Assembly (NCBI GenBank): GCA_964449275.1
Contig: CAYVAM010000001.1
Span: forward strand, 585-64,584
Direction of reading: 5' to 3'
Source: an uncultured Anaerolineales bacterium
GTDB lineage: Bacteria > Planctomycetota > Phycisphaerae > FEN-1346
DNA length: 64,000 nt
Both the position numbers and the translations under genes were made by a program. Shown here piece after piece: positions 38,183 through 48,180 of the stretch. The notes under the pieces were generated by a model. It did not search any database. It was not told where the DNA came from and was given only the letters and a program-made list of their open reading frames with translations. The number at the start of each line of letters is the position of its first letter. The stretch's first letter is position 1.

Positions 38183-38818
38183 GGTTCATCCCTCCCACTC
38201 GACATCCACGCCTCGCTTTCCACCAGTGATACGCTGCGGGGGAGAGGGTTATTCGCGGATTGCGCCTGGTCTGCCGGCAGGTGCGGAAACGGTACGCCGC
38301 TAGTGTTCTGTCCCACGTGAAACGGTGGGTGCCACTGGCGGCTTGTCCGCCAGTGCCTTCCTGCTGCTCGCCACACACTGGCTGACAAGCAGCCAGTGGC
38401 ACCCTGCAAATCAGCAGAGACGCGAGCCCTAGCCGTCGCCGATCCGCATAAGTTCATCCGCCGGCGCCGGAAAGGGGTACGCAGCGAAATCTCTTGACCG
38501 CCCATCGGCCGGTGCGCATCATTCCCGTCGCGGCCCTGCGGAAGGACCGACCGAAGTGTACGACGTCCACGAAGTCCGCCGGAAGCGCGGCTGCCGCAAT
38601 CCGGCGAGCCGAGACCAGCCGTGGGTGCTGCGGTGGGCCGACCCGCCGGGTTCCAAGGACCTGCGGCAGCGGACGGTCGGCCTGGGAACCGGCCAGGAGC
38701 ATCAAGGAACTGCTGCGGTGAAACGCGCCGGGCACGACCGGTTCTGCGGCGCAGAAGTGGCGCAGCCTACAGACCGGACGGCCGAAACGCGCGTAAGTCT
38801 TGCGGCCTCAACCACTTC

Positions 38819-38893
38819 GGGCCCATAGCTCAGCGGCAGAGCAGGGGACTCATAATCCCTTGGTCGCAGGTTCGAATCCTGCTGGGCCCACCA
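38819..38893 (+). tRNA. tRNA-Met (anticodon CAT). Elongator-type G1:C72. It could also be tRNA-Ile2 (lysidine)
   Basis: Cloverleaf: 7-bp acceptor stem GGGCCCA/TGGGCCC, D-arm GCTC..GAGC, anticodon loop CTCATAA, T-arm GCAGG-TTCGAAT-CCTGC, discriminator A, encoded CCA. Confidence 0.85.
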
Positions 38894-38962
38894 TTGTCAG
38901 GTAGTGACAAGTCTTGCCAAGTGGCGACACACGCGCGACTTGCGCCCCTTTCGCCCCTCGCG

Positions 38963-39244
38963 TTACCGAACACCCCGTCTTGCCAGGTGATGACAGGTTC
39001 TGGCGTACCGGGGTACCTGCGCGCTGCAAATGCGCTGAAAGAATCCGGCCGGTTTGGCCGTGAGCGGCGGTTGTTCGGTCCCCAAACGCGCCAGCCGCGT
39101 GATGTACGTGTGCCGCAGGGCGTGGAAGTCGGCCACGCCGTCCGACGTGTCGCGGTAGGGAATGCCGGCCGCCCGGGGAATCCCCCCGGCCCGGCCTGCT
39201 GGTCTCCCGACAAAAACGTCTTGCGTCAAGACTCCCGTGGACAA
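38963..39244 (-). pseudogene. Tyrosine recombinase (phage integrase) C-terminal fragment, a remnant of an element integrated at the tRNA
   Basis: The 93-aa ORF carries the box II motif DFHALRHTYITRLARLG. The N-terminal two-thirds of an integrase is missing. Direct repeats gtcttgccaRgtgRYgaca at 38909-38928 and 38968-38987 resemble arm-type sites. Confidence 0.4.
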
Positions 39245-39399
39245 TCGGCGCGGTTTCGTGCAGAATATGGCCGGTGCGGTTCCTGCAACGGGCGGCGTGG
39301 CGGGGGAACGCCCCTCGCCGGCCGAGGCGACTATCGCGACCGCACGCGGAACACGGACACAAAGTCAGCGACGGCTCTCGATCCAGGAGGAGACGAGCG

Positions 39400-40689
39400 A
39401 TGAAGACCGCAGGCGCCAAACACTTCAGCCGGAGACAGTTCTTGCGGGGGGCTGTGGCAGCGGCAGGCGGGGTCCTGGCGGCGCCGTATGTCATTCCGGG
39501 CGCCGCCCTGGGCAACAGCGGCGCCGTGGCTCCCAGCGAACAGATTACGCTGGGCGGCATCGGCATCGGCAACAGGGGTTCGTATGACCTGGGATGCTTC
39601 CTGCGGGAACCGGACGTGCGGTTCCTGGCCGTCTGCGACGTGAAAGACGCCCGCCGCAAGGCCGTCAAGAAAATGGCCGACTCGAAATACGGCAACGAGG
39701 ACTGCGCCATGTATCGCGATTTCCGCGAACTGCTGGCCCGGCCCGACATCGATGCCGTGCTCATCGCCACGGGGCCGAACTGGCACGCGACGGCCGCGAT
39801 TACGGCGGCCAAGGCCGGAAAGGACGTGTATTGCGAGAAGCCCTGCACGAAGAACATCGTGCAGAGCCTGATGCTGGCCGAGACCTTCCGCCGCACGGGG
39901 CGCGTGTTCCAGGGCGGCATGCAGCGGCGGAACCTGCCCCACGTCGCGCTGGCGGTCGAGTTGGCCCGCACCGGGAAACTCGGCAAACTCCATACCGTCC
40001 ACGCCCATCCGGGCGGCATGGGAACCGGAAGCAGCGGCTGGCTGCCGGCCCAACCCGAACCGCCCAAGGAAGAGGTGGACTGGGACCTCTACCTCGGGCC
40101 TGCGGCCTGGCGGCCGTTCAACCGGCGGCTGCTGAACGGGTTCAACTTCGAGAAAGGCGGCGGACTGGTAGGCGGCGGCGTGCTGGAATGGGGGTCCCAT
40201 TGCGTGGACCTCTGCCAGTGGGCCAACGATGCCGACGAGACGGCGCCGGTCGAATACGAGCCCCCGGTCGGCGGCCAGGCGGTTGCCCACTACGCCAACG
40301 GCGTGAAACTGGTGCTACGCGGAGGAGGCTGGCTCGGGCTCGGTTCATGCCCGGTCCGGTTCGAGGGAGACACCGGCTGGGTCGAGACGGGCGATAACGG
40401 CGACATGGTCGCCAGTTCGCCCGCGTTGCTGGCCGCAAGGGGCGCCAAGGTCGGCGGTTACCCGGCGAACAACCACATCCGCGACTTCCTCAACTGTGTG
40501 AAGACACGGGGGCTGCCCCGGGCCAACCACGACGTGACCTGTCACACCCACATTGCCTGCCATGCCGCAGGCATCGCCATATTCCTGAAGCGCAAGGTCA
40601 CGCTTGATCCCAAGACGTACAGGTTCGTCGGTGACGAGGAAGCGAACCGGTTGCGGTCGGAGGCGCTGCGCGAACCGTGGCGGCTCTAG
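39400..40689 (+). CDS. Gfo/Idh/MocA family oxidoreductase, Tat-secreted
   Basis: Tat signal (SRRQFLRGAVAAAGGVLAAP). Rossmann N-terminus (ITLGGIGIGNRG...RFLAVCDV). AGGAGG RBS lies before ATG 39400. Confidence 0.75.
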   Translation: MKTAGAKHFSRRQFLRGAVAAAGGVLAAPYVIPGAALGNSGAVAPSEQITLGGIGIGNRGSYDLGCFLREPDVRFLAVCDVKDARRKAVKKMADSKYGNEDCAMYRDFRELLARPDIDAVLIATGPNWHATAAITAAKAGKDVYCEKPCTKNIVQSLMLAETFRRTGRVFQGGMQRRNLPHVALAVELARTGKLGKLHTVHAHPGGMGTGSSGWLPAQPEPPKEEVDWDLYLGPAAWRPFNRRLLNGFNFEKGGGLVGGGVLEWGSHCVDLCQWANDADETAPVEYEPPVGGQAVAHYANGVKLVLRGGGWLGLGSCPVRFEGDTGWVETGDNGDMVASSPALLAARGAKVGGYPANNHIRDFLNCVKTRGLPRANHDVTCHTHIACHAAGIAIFLKRKVTLDPKTYRFVGDEEANRLRSEALREPWRL

Positions 40690-40735
40690 GATCGGGTATC
40701 CCGGAAGAAACCACCTGCCTGCGAGGAGAATGACG

Positions 40736-43183
40736 ATGTTCAGGATTCGGTCTTTCGCATTGTGTGCCGCTTTCGCCGCGTCGGTCCTCTGCGCGATGGC
40801 TGCCGGCCGCGCCTCGGCCGCCGCCGACAAGAATGCCGCCGACCAGAGGCAGCGCAAACTCATCGGCGTGCTCCAGTCCGACGGGCCGCCCCAGGACAAG
40901 GCCATCACCTGCAAACAACTGGCCATCTATGGGAACGAGGAAGCCGTCCCGGCGCTGGCGGCGCTCCTGCCGGACAAGGAACTTGCGTCGTGGGCGCGAA
41001 TCGCCTTAGAGGCCATTCCCGGTCCGGCCGCCGATGAGGCGCTGCGCGAGGCGATGGGCAAGGTAAAGGGCAGGCTGCTCGTCGGCGTGATCAACTCGAT
41101 CGGCGTGCGGCGCGACGCCAAGGCCGTCGGCGGGCTCGTCGAGAGGCTCAAGGACGCCGACGAGGACGTGGCGTCGGCTGCGGCCGCGGCCTTGGGCCGC
41201 ATCGGCGGCCCTGCTGCTGCCAAGGCCCTGGAGCCGTTGCTGGCCACCGCGCCGGCCGCGGTCCGCTCGACGGTGGCGGAGGGCTGCATCCTGTGCGCGG
41301 AACGGTTCCTCGCCGGCGGCAATCGCAACGAAGCCGTGAGGTTGTACGACACCGTCCGCAAGGCGGACGTGCCCAAGCAGAGAGTGCTCGAGGCGACCCG
41401 CGGGACCATTCTCGCCCGCCGGGCCGCCGGCGTGCCGCTGCTGGTCGAACAACTCAGGTCGACCGACAAGGCGTTTTTCGGCATCGGGCTTCGCACGGCC
41501 CGCGAACTGCCCGGCCCCGAAGCGACCGAGGCCCTGGCGGCCGAACTGGCGGGCGCGGCGTCGGACCGGCAGGCCCTGATGCTCCTCGCCCTGGCCGACC
41601 GCGGCGACGCCAAGGCGCTGCCCGCCGTGCTCAAGGCAGTAAAGAGCGGCGCGGTTCACGTGCGGACGGCGGCCATGAGGGCGCTCGAACGCTTCGCCGA
41701 CGCCTCGTGCGTGCCGGTGCTCCTGGATGCCGCGCTCGATGAGAATGCCCAACTGGCTCAAACGGCCAAGGCGACGCTGGCAAGGCTGCCCGGCCGGGAC
41801 GTGGACGCGGACCTTGCGGCCCGCCTGCCGAAAGAGACGGGCAGGAAACGCCAGGTCCTCATCGAAGTTGCAGGGCAGCGACGCATCGAGGCGGCCCTTC
41901 CCGCCATGGTGCGGTGCGCCGAAGACCCCGATACGGGGGTCCGCCGCGCCGCCGTTGACGCCATCGGCACCATCGGCGGCGCCAAGCAGGCCGCCGACCT
42001 CGTGAGGGTCCTTCAGAAGACCGCCGACCCCAAGGAGCAGGCGGGCATCGAGAAGGCGCTCATGGCGATCGGCGGCCGCGCGGGCACGGCGTGCGGCCAG
42101 TACCTGATGCCCCTTGCCAGGAGCGGCGCGCCCGCCCTTCGCGTGATCGGGCTGCATGCCCTGGGCTGCGCGGGCGGGCCCGATGCCCTGGCCGCCGTCA
42201 CGTCAGCGATCGACGACACCGATGAGACCGTCCAGGATGAAGCGGTGCGCACCTTGTCGACCTGGCCCAGCCGGTGGCCGGAGGACGACGGCGTGGCCGA
42301 ACCGCTTCTGGCCCTGGCCAAGTCCGCCAGGAAAGCGCCGCACCGGGTCCTGGCGCTCCGCGGTTACCTCCAGTGCATCCAGGCAACCCGGAAACTCAAG
42401 GACGACGAGAGGCTGGCCAAGGTCCGCGAGATCCTGCCGCTGATCACGCGGCCCGAGGACAAGAAACTCATGCTGGCCAGCCTGGCCAAGTTCCCTCACC
42501 CCGGCGCCCTGAAGATCGTGGAACCGCTGCTCAAGGAAGAGGCCGTCCGTGCCGAGGCCGAACTGGCCATGCTCAAGATCGCCCAGGGAATCGCCGGATC
42601 GAACCGCCAGGAGGCCCGGGCCGCCGCCGACATGCTCAGGACGCAGGCCAAGAACCCCGCCGTCCGCAAGCGGGCCGCACAGGTCATCCGGCAGATGGAG
42701 AAGTTCGAGGACTACGTGACGGCCTGGCAGGTCAGCGGCCCGTACATCAAGGGCAGCGCGTTCGACACCGCCTATCCGCCGGAGAAGGATCCCGCCAAGG
42801 CCCAGTGGAAGGTTCTGCCGCCCGGCGGGGCCAAGCAGCCCTGGATGATGGACCTCTCGGCCGCCCTTGGCGGCGAGAGCCGCGCGTGCTACGTCCGTAC
42901 CTATGTCCACTGCGACACCGAGCGGCGTGCCCGCCTCGAGTTCGGCGTCGATGACGGCAGCAAGGTCTGGCTCAATGGGAAACTGGTGCACGCCGACGGG
43001 GCAGGCGGGGCCGCCATCCCCGGCGAGCACAAGGTGCCTGTCGCCCTGCGAAAAGGCTGGAACGCCCTGATGCTGAAGATCAGCCAGGACACCGGCCCGT
43101 GGGAGTTCTGCGTCCGCATCCGCGGCGCCGACGGCGGAAAACTCGACGGCCTCAAGGTGCAGCCGCTGCCTCCCGCCGACTGA
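40736..43183 (+). CDS. HEAT-repeat (PBS-lyase-type) protein with a C-terminal PA14-like domain
   Basis: Signal peptide. Many HEAT-like repeats (...DEDVASAAAAALGRIGG..., ...VRRAAVDAIGTIGG...). The C-terminal PA14-like block reads EFGVDDGSKVWLNGKLVH...LKISQDTGPWEFCVRIRG. GAGGAG RBS is present. Confidence 0.7.
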   Translation: MFRIRSFALCAAFAASVLCAMAAGRASAAADKNAADQRQRKLIGVLQSDGPPQDKAITCKQLAIYGNEEAVPALAALLPDKELASWARIALEAIPGPAADEALREAMGKVKGRLLVGVINSIGVRRDAKAVGGLVERLKDADEDVASAAAAALGRIGGPAAAKALEPLLATAPAAVRSTVAEGCILCAERFLAGGNRNEAVRLYDTVRKADVPKQRVLEATRGTILARRAAGVPLLVEQLRSTDKAFFGIGLRTARELPGPEATEALAAELAGAASDRQALMLLALADRGDAKALPAVLKAVKSGAVHVRTAAMRALERFADASCVPVLLDAALDENAQLAQTAKATLARLPGRDVDADLAARLPKETGRKRQVLIEVAGQRRIEAALPAMVRCAEDPDTGVRRAAVDAIGTIGGAKQAADLVRVLQKTADPKEQAGIEKALMAIGGRAGTACGQYLMPLARSGAPALRVIGLHALGCAGGPDALAAVTSAIDDTDETVQDEAVRTLSTWPSRWPEDDGVAEPLLALAKSARKAPHRVLALRGYLQCIQATRKLKDDERLAKVREILPLITRPEDKKLMLASLAKFPHPGALKIVEPLLKEEAVRAEAELAMLKIAQGIAGSNRQEARAAADMLRTQAKNPAVRKRAAQVIRQMEKFEDYVTAWQVSGPYIKGSAFDTAYPPEKDPAKAQWKVLPPGGAKQPWMMDLSAALGGESRACYVRTYVHCDTERRARLEFGVDDGSKVWLNGKLVHADGAGGAAIPGEHKVPVALRKGWNALMLKISQDTGPWEFCVRIRGADGGKLDGLKVQPLPPAD

Positions 43184-43394
43184 CCCGCCGGCGCCGCCGG
43201 GCGGCCCACGGAAACCGCCGCCTGGGCCCGCGTCGCCCTCAGCGATCTGCCGCGAAAGGGTGAGACGGCGGAGTTTCGGGCCGATGACTTTCCATTCCTC
43301 ATCGCCGGCGCGGATCTGGGCCTTGGCTTCGGCCAGATGAAGATGCGCCGCGAGTTCCCCGGCCTCCGACTGCTGCTGCCTGTATCGGCGGACG

Positions 43395-43823
43395 ATGCTG
43401 GAGGACCTTCGCCTGCCGGACGGCGAACTGTACGATGAGGATTTCTTCGCCTACGCCGACGAGGCCGACGTGGGCTGGCGGGCCCGGCGGCTGGGATGGA
43501 AAAGCCTGTACGAGCCCTCGGCCTTGGTGTACCATCATCAGGTGGCCCCCTCGGGCAGCGTGAGTCCGCTGCTGGTCCGGCTGGTGGAGCGGAACCGCAT
43601 CTGGGTGGCCGTCAAGAACTTCCCGACTTGGCTCCTCGCCTGCGGGGTGGCGTGGTTGGTGTGGCGGACATTCCGGCAGGTGTGGGGTGGCCTGACGCGC
43701 CGGGGCCGGGCCGGTTGGGCGTCGGGCGGCTCCGGGAGGTCTTCCGCCGGTTCGGCATCGCCGCACGCGACATCGCTCTGCGGGACTAAGCAGGAGCAAG
43801 GAAATCTTTCCGAACAGCGGTAG
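43395..43823 (+). pseudogene. Glycosyltransferase family 2 C-terminal fragment (N-terminal catalytic half missing)
   Basis: EDFFAYADEADVGWRARRLGWKSLYEPSALVYHH is the typical GT2 C-terminal block. An in-frame stop lies at 43338. No DxD domain is present upstream. It abuts MITE copy 43820-43897. Confidence 0.5.
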
Positions 43824-43897
43824 CGCCGGGGTTTATCCCCGGCGCGGAACCGCCGTCGGCCTGACTATCCGGCCGCCGGGCATGAAGCCCGGCGCTA
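43820..43897. repeat. MITE-like element copy in inverted orientation and diverged (GTAGCGCCGGGGTTTATCCCCGG ... CCGGGCATGAAGCCCGGCGCTAC)
   Basis: Its TIRs are the reverse-complement forms of those at 10881 and 20089. Confidence 0.7.
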
Positions 43898-44014
43898 CGG
43901 ACTTGGGTGCACGCCAAGTCAGCCGCCGAATTCGGATTGACTTCATCGCTCCTGCTTAGCCATGCCGGCCATTTGGCCGCCGTGCTTGCGCAGCGCGTTT
44001 CTAAGGATATATAC

Positions 44015-45136
44015 ATGACCATCCCCGTCTTTCGGCCGAGTTACGGCGAGGGCGAGTTCGAGGCGGTCCGCGAGGTCCTGGCCTCCGGCTGGGTGGGTCT
44101 GGGTCCGAAGACCGCCGAGTTTGAGAAACGCTTCGCCGAGTATCTGGGCGTGCCCGACGCCGTCGCCTTGAACAGCGGGACGGCGGCCCTGCACTTGGCA
44201 ATGATCCTGGCCGACGTCCGGGACCATGAGGTCATCACCACGCCGGTGACCTTCGTCTCGACCAACCACGCCATCCTGTACTGCGGCGGCGAGCCGGTCT
44301 TCGCCGATGTCGAACCGGACACCGCCAACATCGACCCGGAGAGCGTCTCGCGCCTCGTGACCGACCGCACCCGGGCCGTCGTCTGCATGCACTACGGCGG
44401 CCGGCCGTGCAAGATGGATGCCCTGACGGCAATTGCCCGCGAGCACGACCTGGTGCTGATCGAGGACGCCGCCCACGGCTGCGGTGGGCAATGGCATGGG
44501 CAGAAACTCGGCACCATCGGCGACTATGGGTGCTTCAGTTTCCACGCCGTCAAGAACCTTGCCACCGGCGAGGGCGGCATGATCGTGACCGGCAATCCCG
44601 AAGAGGTGGTCCGACTCCGCCGCCTACGATGGCTCGGCATCACCAAAGATACCTGGAGCCGCGAGACCTTCACCCAGTACTCCTGGTACTACACGGTCGA
44701 GGAGGTCGGCTACAAGTACCACATGCACGATATCTCGGCAGCGATCGGGTTGGTGCAACTGGCTCGGCTGCCGGACCTGAACGCACGCCGCGCCCAACTG
44801 GCCAAGCGGTACGACGAGGCGCTGGCGGGGCTGGACTGGATCCGGCGCCCCGTTGTCGAGCCCGACACGAAGCCCGCCTGGCACAACTACGCCATCCAGA
44901 CCGACCACCGCGACGCCCTGAACCTGTACCTGGCTGAGCGCGGTATCTCGACCGGCGTCCACTACATCCCCAGCAACCACTACGAGATGTACAAGGCGTG
45001 CCGGGGCGAGACGCCTGTGGCCGAGGCCCTCTGGAAGCGGCTGCTCACCCTGCCGCTGTACCCGGACCTGACGGATGAGGACTTCGAGCGGGTTGTCGCC
45101 GCGATCGGCGACTTCGGCCGGGAACAGGGTCTTTAG
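44015..45136 (+). CDS. DegT/DnrJ/EryC1/StrS family sugar aminotransferase (PLP-dependent)
   Basis: Motifs IPVFRPSYGE, NSGTAALHLA, EDAAHGCGG, SFHAVKNLATGEGG (Lys site). AAGGA RBS lies before the trimmed start. Confidence 0.8.
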   Translation: MTIPVFRPSYGEGEFEAVREVLASGWVGLGPKTAEFEKRFAEYLGVPDAVALNSGTAALHLAMILADVRDHEVITTPVTFVSTNHAILYCGGEPVFADVEPDTANIDPESVSRLVTDRTRAVVCMHYGGRPCKMDALTAIAREHDLVLIEDAAHGCGGQWHGQKLGTIGDYGCFSFHAVKNLATGEGGMIVTGNPEEVVRLRRLRWLGITKDTWSRETFTQYSWYYTVEEVGYKYHMHDISAAIGLVQLARLPDLNARRAQLAKRYDEALAGLDWIRRPVVEPDTKPAWHNYAIQTDHRDALNLYLAERGISTGVHYIPSNHYEMYKACRGETPVAEALWKRLLTLPLYPDLTDEDFERVVAAIGDFGREQGL

Positions 45137-45164
45137 TCCCTGAGACCCGAGCCGCGACCGTAAG

Positions 45165-46154
45165 GTGTGGCGCATCCCTGCAAGCGCTGTCATGCTGACC
45201 GAAGCGAAGCATCTCGCCTGCATCCTGTGCGGTCGGCCCGGCGAACCGCGGTTCGAGAAGGCCGATAAGTTCCCTCCGCGCGAGCGGTTCCAGGTGGTCC
45301 GCTGCCCGGCGTGCGGGCTTCAATGGGTCAGCCCCCGGCCGGAATCGGAGGATCTGGCCCGCTACTACCCTGAGACGTACAGTTGGAAGCCCCCGGCTGA
45401 GGCGGAAACCGAGTCCGCCGTCCACCGCCTGGAACGCGGGTACCGGTTTCACCTGCTGCGGTTTGAGTTGCGGCAACTCCTCCGCCATGCGAACCTCTCG
45501 CCCGGCAACGCGGTGCTGGACGTCGGCTGCTCGTCCGGCGATCGGCTCCTGGTCATGCGGGGGGCGGGCCTGGAGCCGGCGGGTGTGGAACTCGGGCCGG
45601 CCGCCGATTACGCCCGCGAGCGGCTGGGCCTGGACGTCCGACGGGGCACCCTGCCGGAGGCCGGCTTCGAGGCGGGCCGATTCCACGCCGTCACGCTCTA
45701 CAACGTGCTGGAGCACCTGCCGGACCCGCGGGCCGTGCTGGCCGAGGCCCGCCGCCTCCTGGTTCCCGGCGGTCGGCTGGTCATCCAGGTGCCCAATGCG
45801 CGGAGCCTTCAGGCCCGGCTCCTCGGCCGGCGGTGGGCGGCGGTGGACGTGCCGAGGGATCTGTTCTACTGGACGCCCGCCCTTCTGGGCCGGCTTCTGG
45901 AGACGGAGGGTTTTCAGGTGACGCGGGTGGTCCATCGGACGAGCCTGCTGCACCCGCCGACCGCGGCGGTGAGCCTGGTTCCGTGGGCAGACCCGCAGCG
46001 GTTCTGGGCGGCGGAGGCGGGCGGCAGCGCCGCCGGCGGCCTCGCGCGCCGGCTCGTGTGGGCCGCCGTCACGGTGGCGGTGATGGGGCCGGCGTGGGTG
46101 GAGTCCGCCCTCGGCGCCTCGGCCATTCCCACCGCCTTTGCGCGGAAAGGATGA
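45165..46154 (+). CDS. Class I SAM-dependent methyltransferase with an N-terminal Zn-ribbon (CxxC...CPxC)
   Basis: Motif I VLDVGCSSGD, post-I GLEPAGVE, motif IV region LVPGGRLVIQVPN. The GTG 45165 start is uncertain. ATG 45192 is an alternative. Confidence 0.65.
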   Translation: MWRIPASAVMLTEAKHLACILCGRPGEPRFEKADKFPPRERFQVVRCPACGLQWVSPRPESEDLARYYPETYSWKPPAEAETESAVHRLERGYRFHLLRFELRQLLRHANLSPGNAVLDVGCSSGDRLLVMRGAGLEPAGVELGPAADYARERLGLDVRRGTLPEAGFEAGRFHAVTLYNVLEHLPDPRAVLAEARRLLVPGGRLVIQVPNARSLQARLLGRRWAAVDVPRDLFYWTPALLGRLLETEGFQVTRVVHRTSLLHPPTAAVSLVPWADPQRFWAAEAGGSAAGGLARRLVWAAVTVAVMGPAWVESALGASAIPTAFARKG

Positions 46155-46244
46155 CCTGCCGGGGCGGCGAGTCGGCTCGCGCGCGGCCGTCCGGAGCGCA
46201 GACGTTCTTACTGTCAGAATGTCCGCACGGAAGGAAATCGGGAC

Positions 46245-47252
46245 ATGAGCGAGTGGCAGATTCTCAATGCCACGGACGGTTGTGTGGAGGCGGTCTCGCG
46301 TCTGCGGGGCGCCACCATTTTCTACTCGACGCGTTGGGCGCGGGTGCTGGCCCGGGGATTCGGCTGCCCCGTCCGGGTGGTGGCGTTGGTGGAGCCTGGT
46401 GGACGGTTTTCAGCGGCCCTGCCGGCCTGTTTGCTGAAGATGGGCCCCATTCGCATGCTGTACGGTGTGTTCCCGAAGGGGAACTTCGTCGGCGACGCCG
46501 GGGCGGTTGCGGAACACATCAATGGGCTCGAGGAGATCTTCCGCCGGGAGGGCCTGCACGCGGTCCGGGTCATCGCCTGCGAGGATGCCCTCATCCGGGG
46601 TCTGCCCGGGGCCTCGCGGGCGCGGCAGATGCGGCACGTGCTGAGGATCGACGGCCGGTCGGCCGAGCAGATTTGGCGCGATTACCCCAAGAAGATCCGC
46701 CGGGACGTCCGCGTGCCGATGAAGGCCGGCTACGTGACCCGGCCGATGCGGCGGGAGGAGTTTCCGACGTTCCACAGGATGATGGGCGAGGTGTTTGTCC
46801 GCAACGCCGCCGCCACCGGGCCCCCGCCCGAGTTTTATGAGGCCGTCTGGGACGAGATGGTCGGCGACGGAACGGCCGAGTTCATCGTGGCCGACAAGGA
46901 CGGCGACGCGCACGCCGCGGTCGTTGCCATCCACGACGGGCCGACCACCTACTACTTTGCCGGGTGCAGTTGGACCGGTTCGATGCGCGATGGGGTGAAC
47001 GACCTGACGGTCCACGCGATGATTGCCTCGGCTGCCCGCCGGGGGGCTGAGCGGGTCGATATGCTCTCCAGTGATGCACGCCACGTCGGCCTGATTCGGT
47101 TCAAGGCCAAGTGGGGGGCCGACCAGTGGCCGTTCGACATCCTGGAATGGTGGTTCGCGCCGCTCCGCCATCTTCTCTGGAAGACCGGCATGGCGGTGGC
47201 GGGCACGCGCGCCGGAGCGGCCCTGATCCGCCGGCTTCGCGGACAGAGGTAG
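46245..47252 (+). CDS. FemAB-like / GNAT-fold acyltransferase (Acetyltransf_6-type)
   Basis: 335 aa with the pattern common to FemAB-family proteins in polysaccharide loci (...EFIVADKDGDAHAAVVAIHDGPTTYYFAG...). GGAAGGA RBS is present. Confidence 0.5.
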   Translation: MSEWQILNATDGCVEAVSRLRGATIFYSTRWARVLARGFGCPVRVVALVEPGGRFSAALPACLLKMGPIRMLYGVFPKGNFVGDAGAVAEHINGLEEIFRREGLHAVRVIACEDALIRGLPGASRARQMRHVLRIDGRSAEQIWRDYPKKIRRDVRVPMKAGYVTRPMRREEFPTFHRMMGEVFVRNAAATGPPPEFYEAVWDEMVGDGTAEFIVADKDGDAHAAVVAIHDGPTTYYFAGCSWTGSMRDGVNDLTVHAMIASAARRGAERVDMLSSDARHVGLIRFKAKWGADQWPFDILEWWFAPLRHLLWKTGMAVAGTRAGAALIRRLRGQR

Positions 47253-47270
47253 ATATGCCGTTGCCGGCCC

Positions 47271-47355
47271 GCGTTTCGCGCGGTGGGTCTCCGCGCCCAC
47301 CGCGTGCAAAAGGGCATTTGTCGGGCTGCGCGGCGGGTACGGAGACCCGCCGCGC
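47271..47355. repeat. REP-like palindromes (cgtttcGCGCGGTGGGtctccgcgCCCACCGCG and GCGCGGCGGGTACGGAGACCCGCCGCGC) after the FemAB-like stop
   Basis: Same family as 22183-22210 (GCGCGGCGGGTCAGGAGACCCGCCGCGC) and 28957-28984. Confidence 0.75.
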
Positions 47356-47414
47356 ACGACGTAGCATTGCAGCATTAGGTGCGCCGTTGCCGGCCGACAC
47401 CCCCGTCCTGCGCG

Positions 47415-48164
47415 TCAGCGCTTCCGGAGCCGCCAGAACGTGTGGCTCCGCAGCGGACGGGGCGTCAGGCGGACCGCCCAGCGATGCAGCCACTCCAGCA
47501 GCCGCGTCATCCGGGGGCCGGTCGGCCACCGCCAGCGGCGAAGCAGAAACGTGGCGATGGCAGGGAGCGGCATCGTGTGGTCGTAGGCAAGACGGGCGAT
47601 CGCCAGACCCGGTACCGAGGCGACGACCCGGCGGACGGCCCGCGGGCTGGTGTTCAGTATGCCCCGCTCCGGCGGGCGGACCCAGGCGAACATCCGCTGG
47701 TACGGGTTCCAGGGGTTCGGCTCGATGATGGCGACCTCGCCCCCCGTCTCCAGGACGCGGGCCATCTCGCACAGGGCAGGGCGGATCGCGTCCCGGCCCA
47801 GATGGTGCAGCACTCCCATGCAGCAGACGCGGTCGAATGCCCCGTCGGCGAACGGCAGGCGGGTGACATCGGCCACGGCCAGTCGGCGGCCGGGCCGCTT
47901 CCGGCCCTCGCGGACCAGGGCCTCCGAGAGGTCGATGCCGACGTAGTCGGCCGCGCCGGCCCGGAGGGCGGCCTCGCCCACGCCGCAGCCCACGTCGAGG
48001 ATTCGGCTTCCCCCGTGAAACATGCAGCGGTAGCGGCGTTCGGCAAGCCGGGCCACATAGCCCTGACCGAATCGCCAGCGCACCAGGGCGGCGTCGCGGT
48101 CGGAGAACCGGCTGAACCGTTCCTCGGAGGAACAGGTGGTCTGGTCGACAGCGTCGGCGTCCAT
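47415..48164 (-). CDS. Class I SAM-dependent methyltransferase
   Basis: Motif I ILDVGCGVGE. Also LPFADGAFDRV and LETGGEVAIIEPN. Confidence 0.7.
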   Translation of the reverse strand: MDADAVDQTTCSSEERFSRFSDRDAALVRWRFGQGYVARLAERRYRCMFHGGSRILDVGCGVGEAALRAGAADYVGIDLSEALVREGRKRPGRRLAVADVTRLPFADGAFDRVCCMGVLHHLGRDAIRPALCEMARVLETGGEVAIIEPNPWNPYQRMFAWVRPPERGILNTSPRAVRRVVASVPGLAIARLAYDHTMPLPAIATFLLRRWRWPTGPRMTRLLEWLHRWAVRLTPRPLRSHTFWRLRKR

Positions 48165-48180
48165 AGGAACCCGGCGTCTT

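Noticed and set aside
36408-38402. 664-aa minus-strand ORF
   Set aside because: Its upstream two-thirds is an alternate frame of the clearly real rhomboid protease gene (37463..38182). It is split into a DUF2007 membrane protein (36408..37373) plus the rhomboid.
38850-40067. 405-aa minus-strand ORF overlapping the tRNA
   Set aside because: It translates the tRNA gene in reverse (…MVGPAGFEPATKGL) and is antisense to the Gfo/Idh/MocA gene. Only the 93-aa integrase-like sub-ORF is kept, as a pseudogene.
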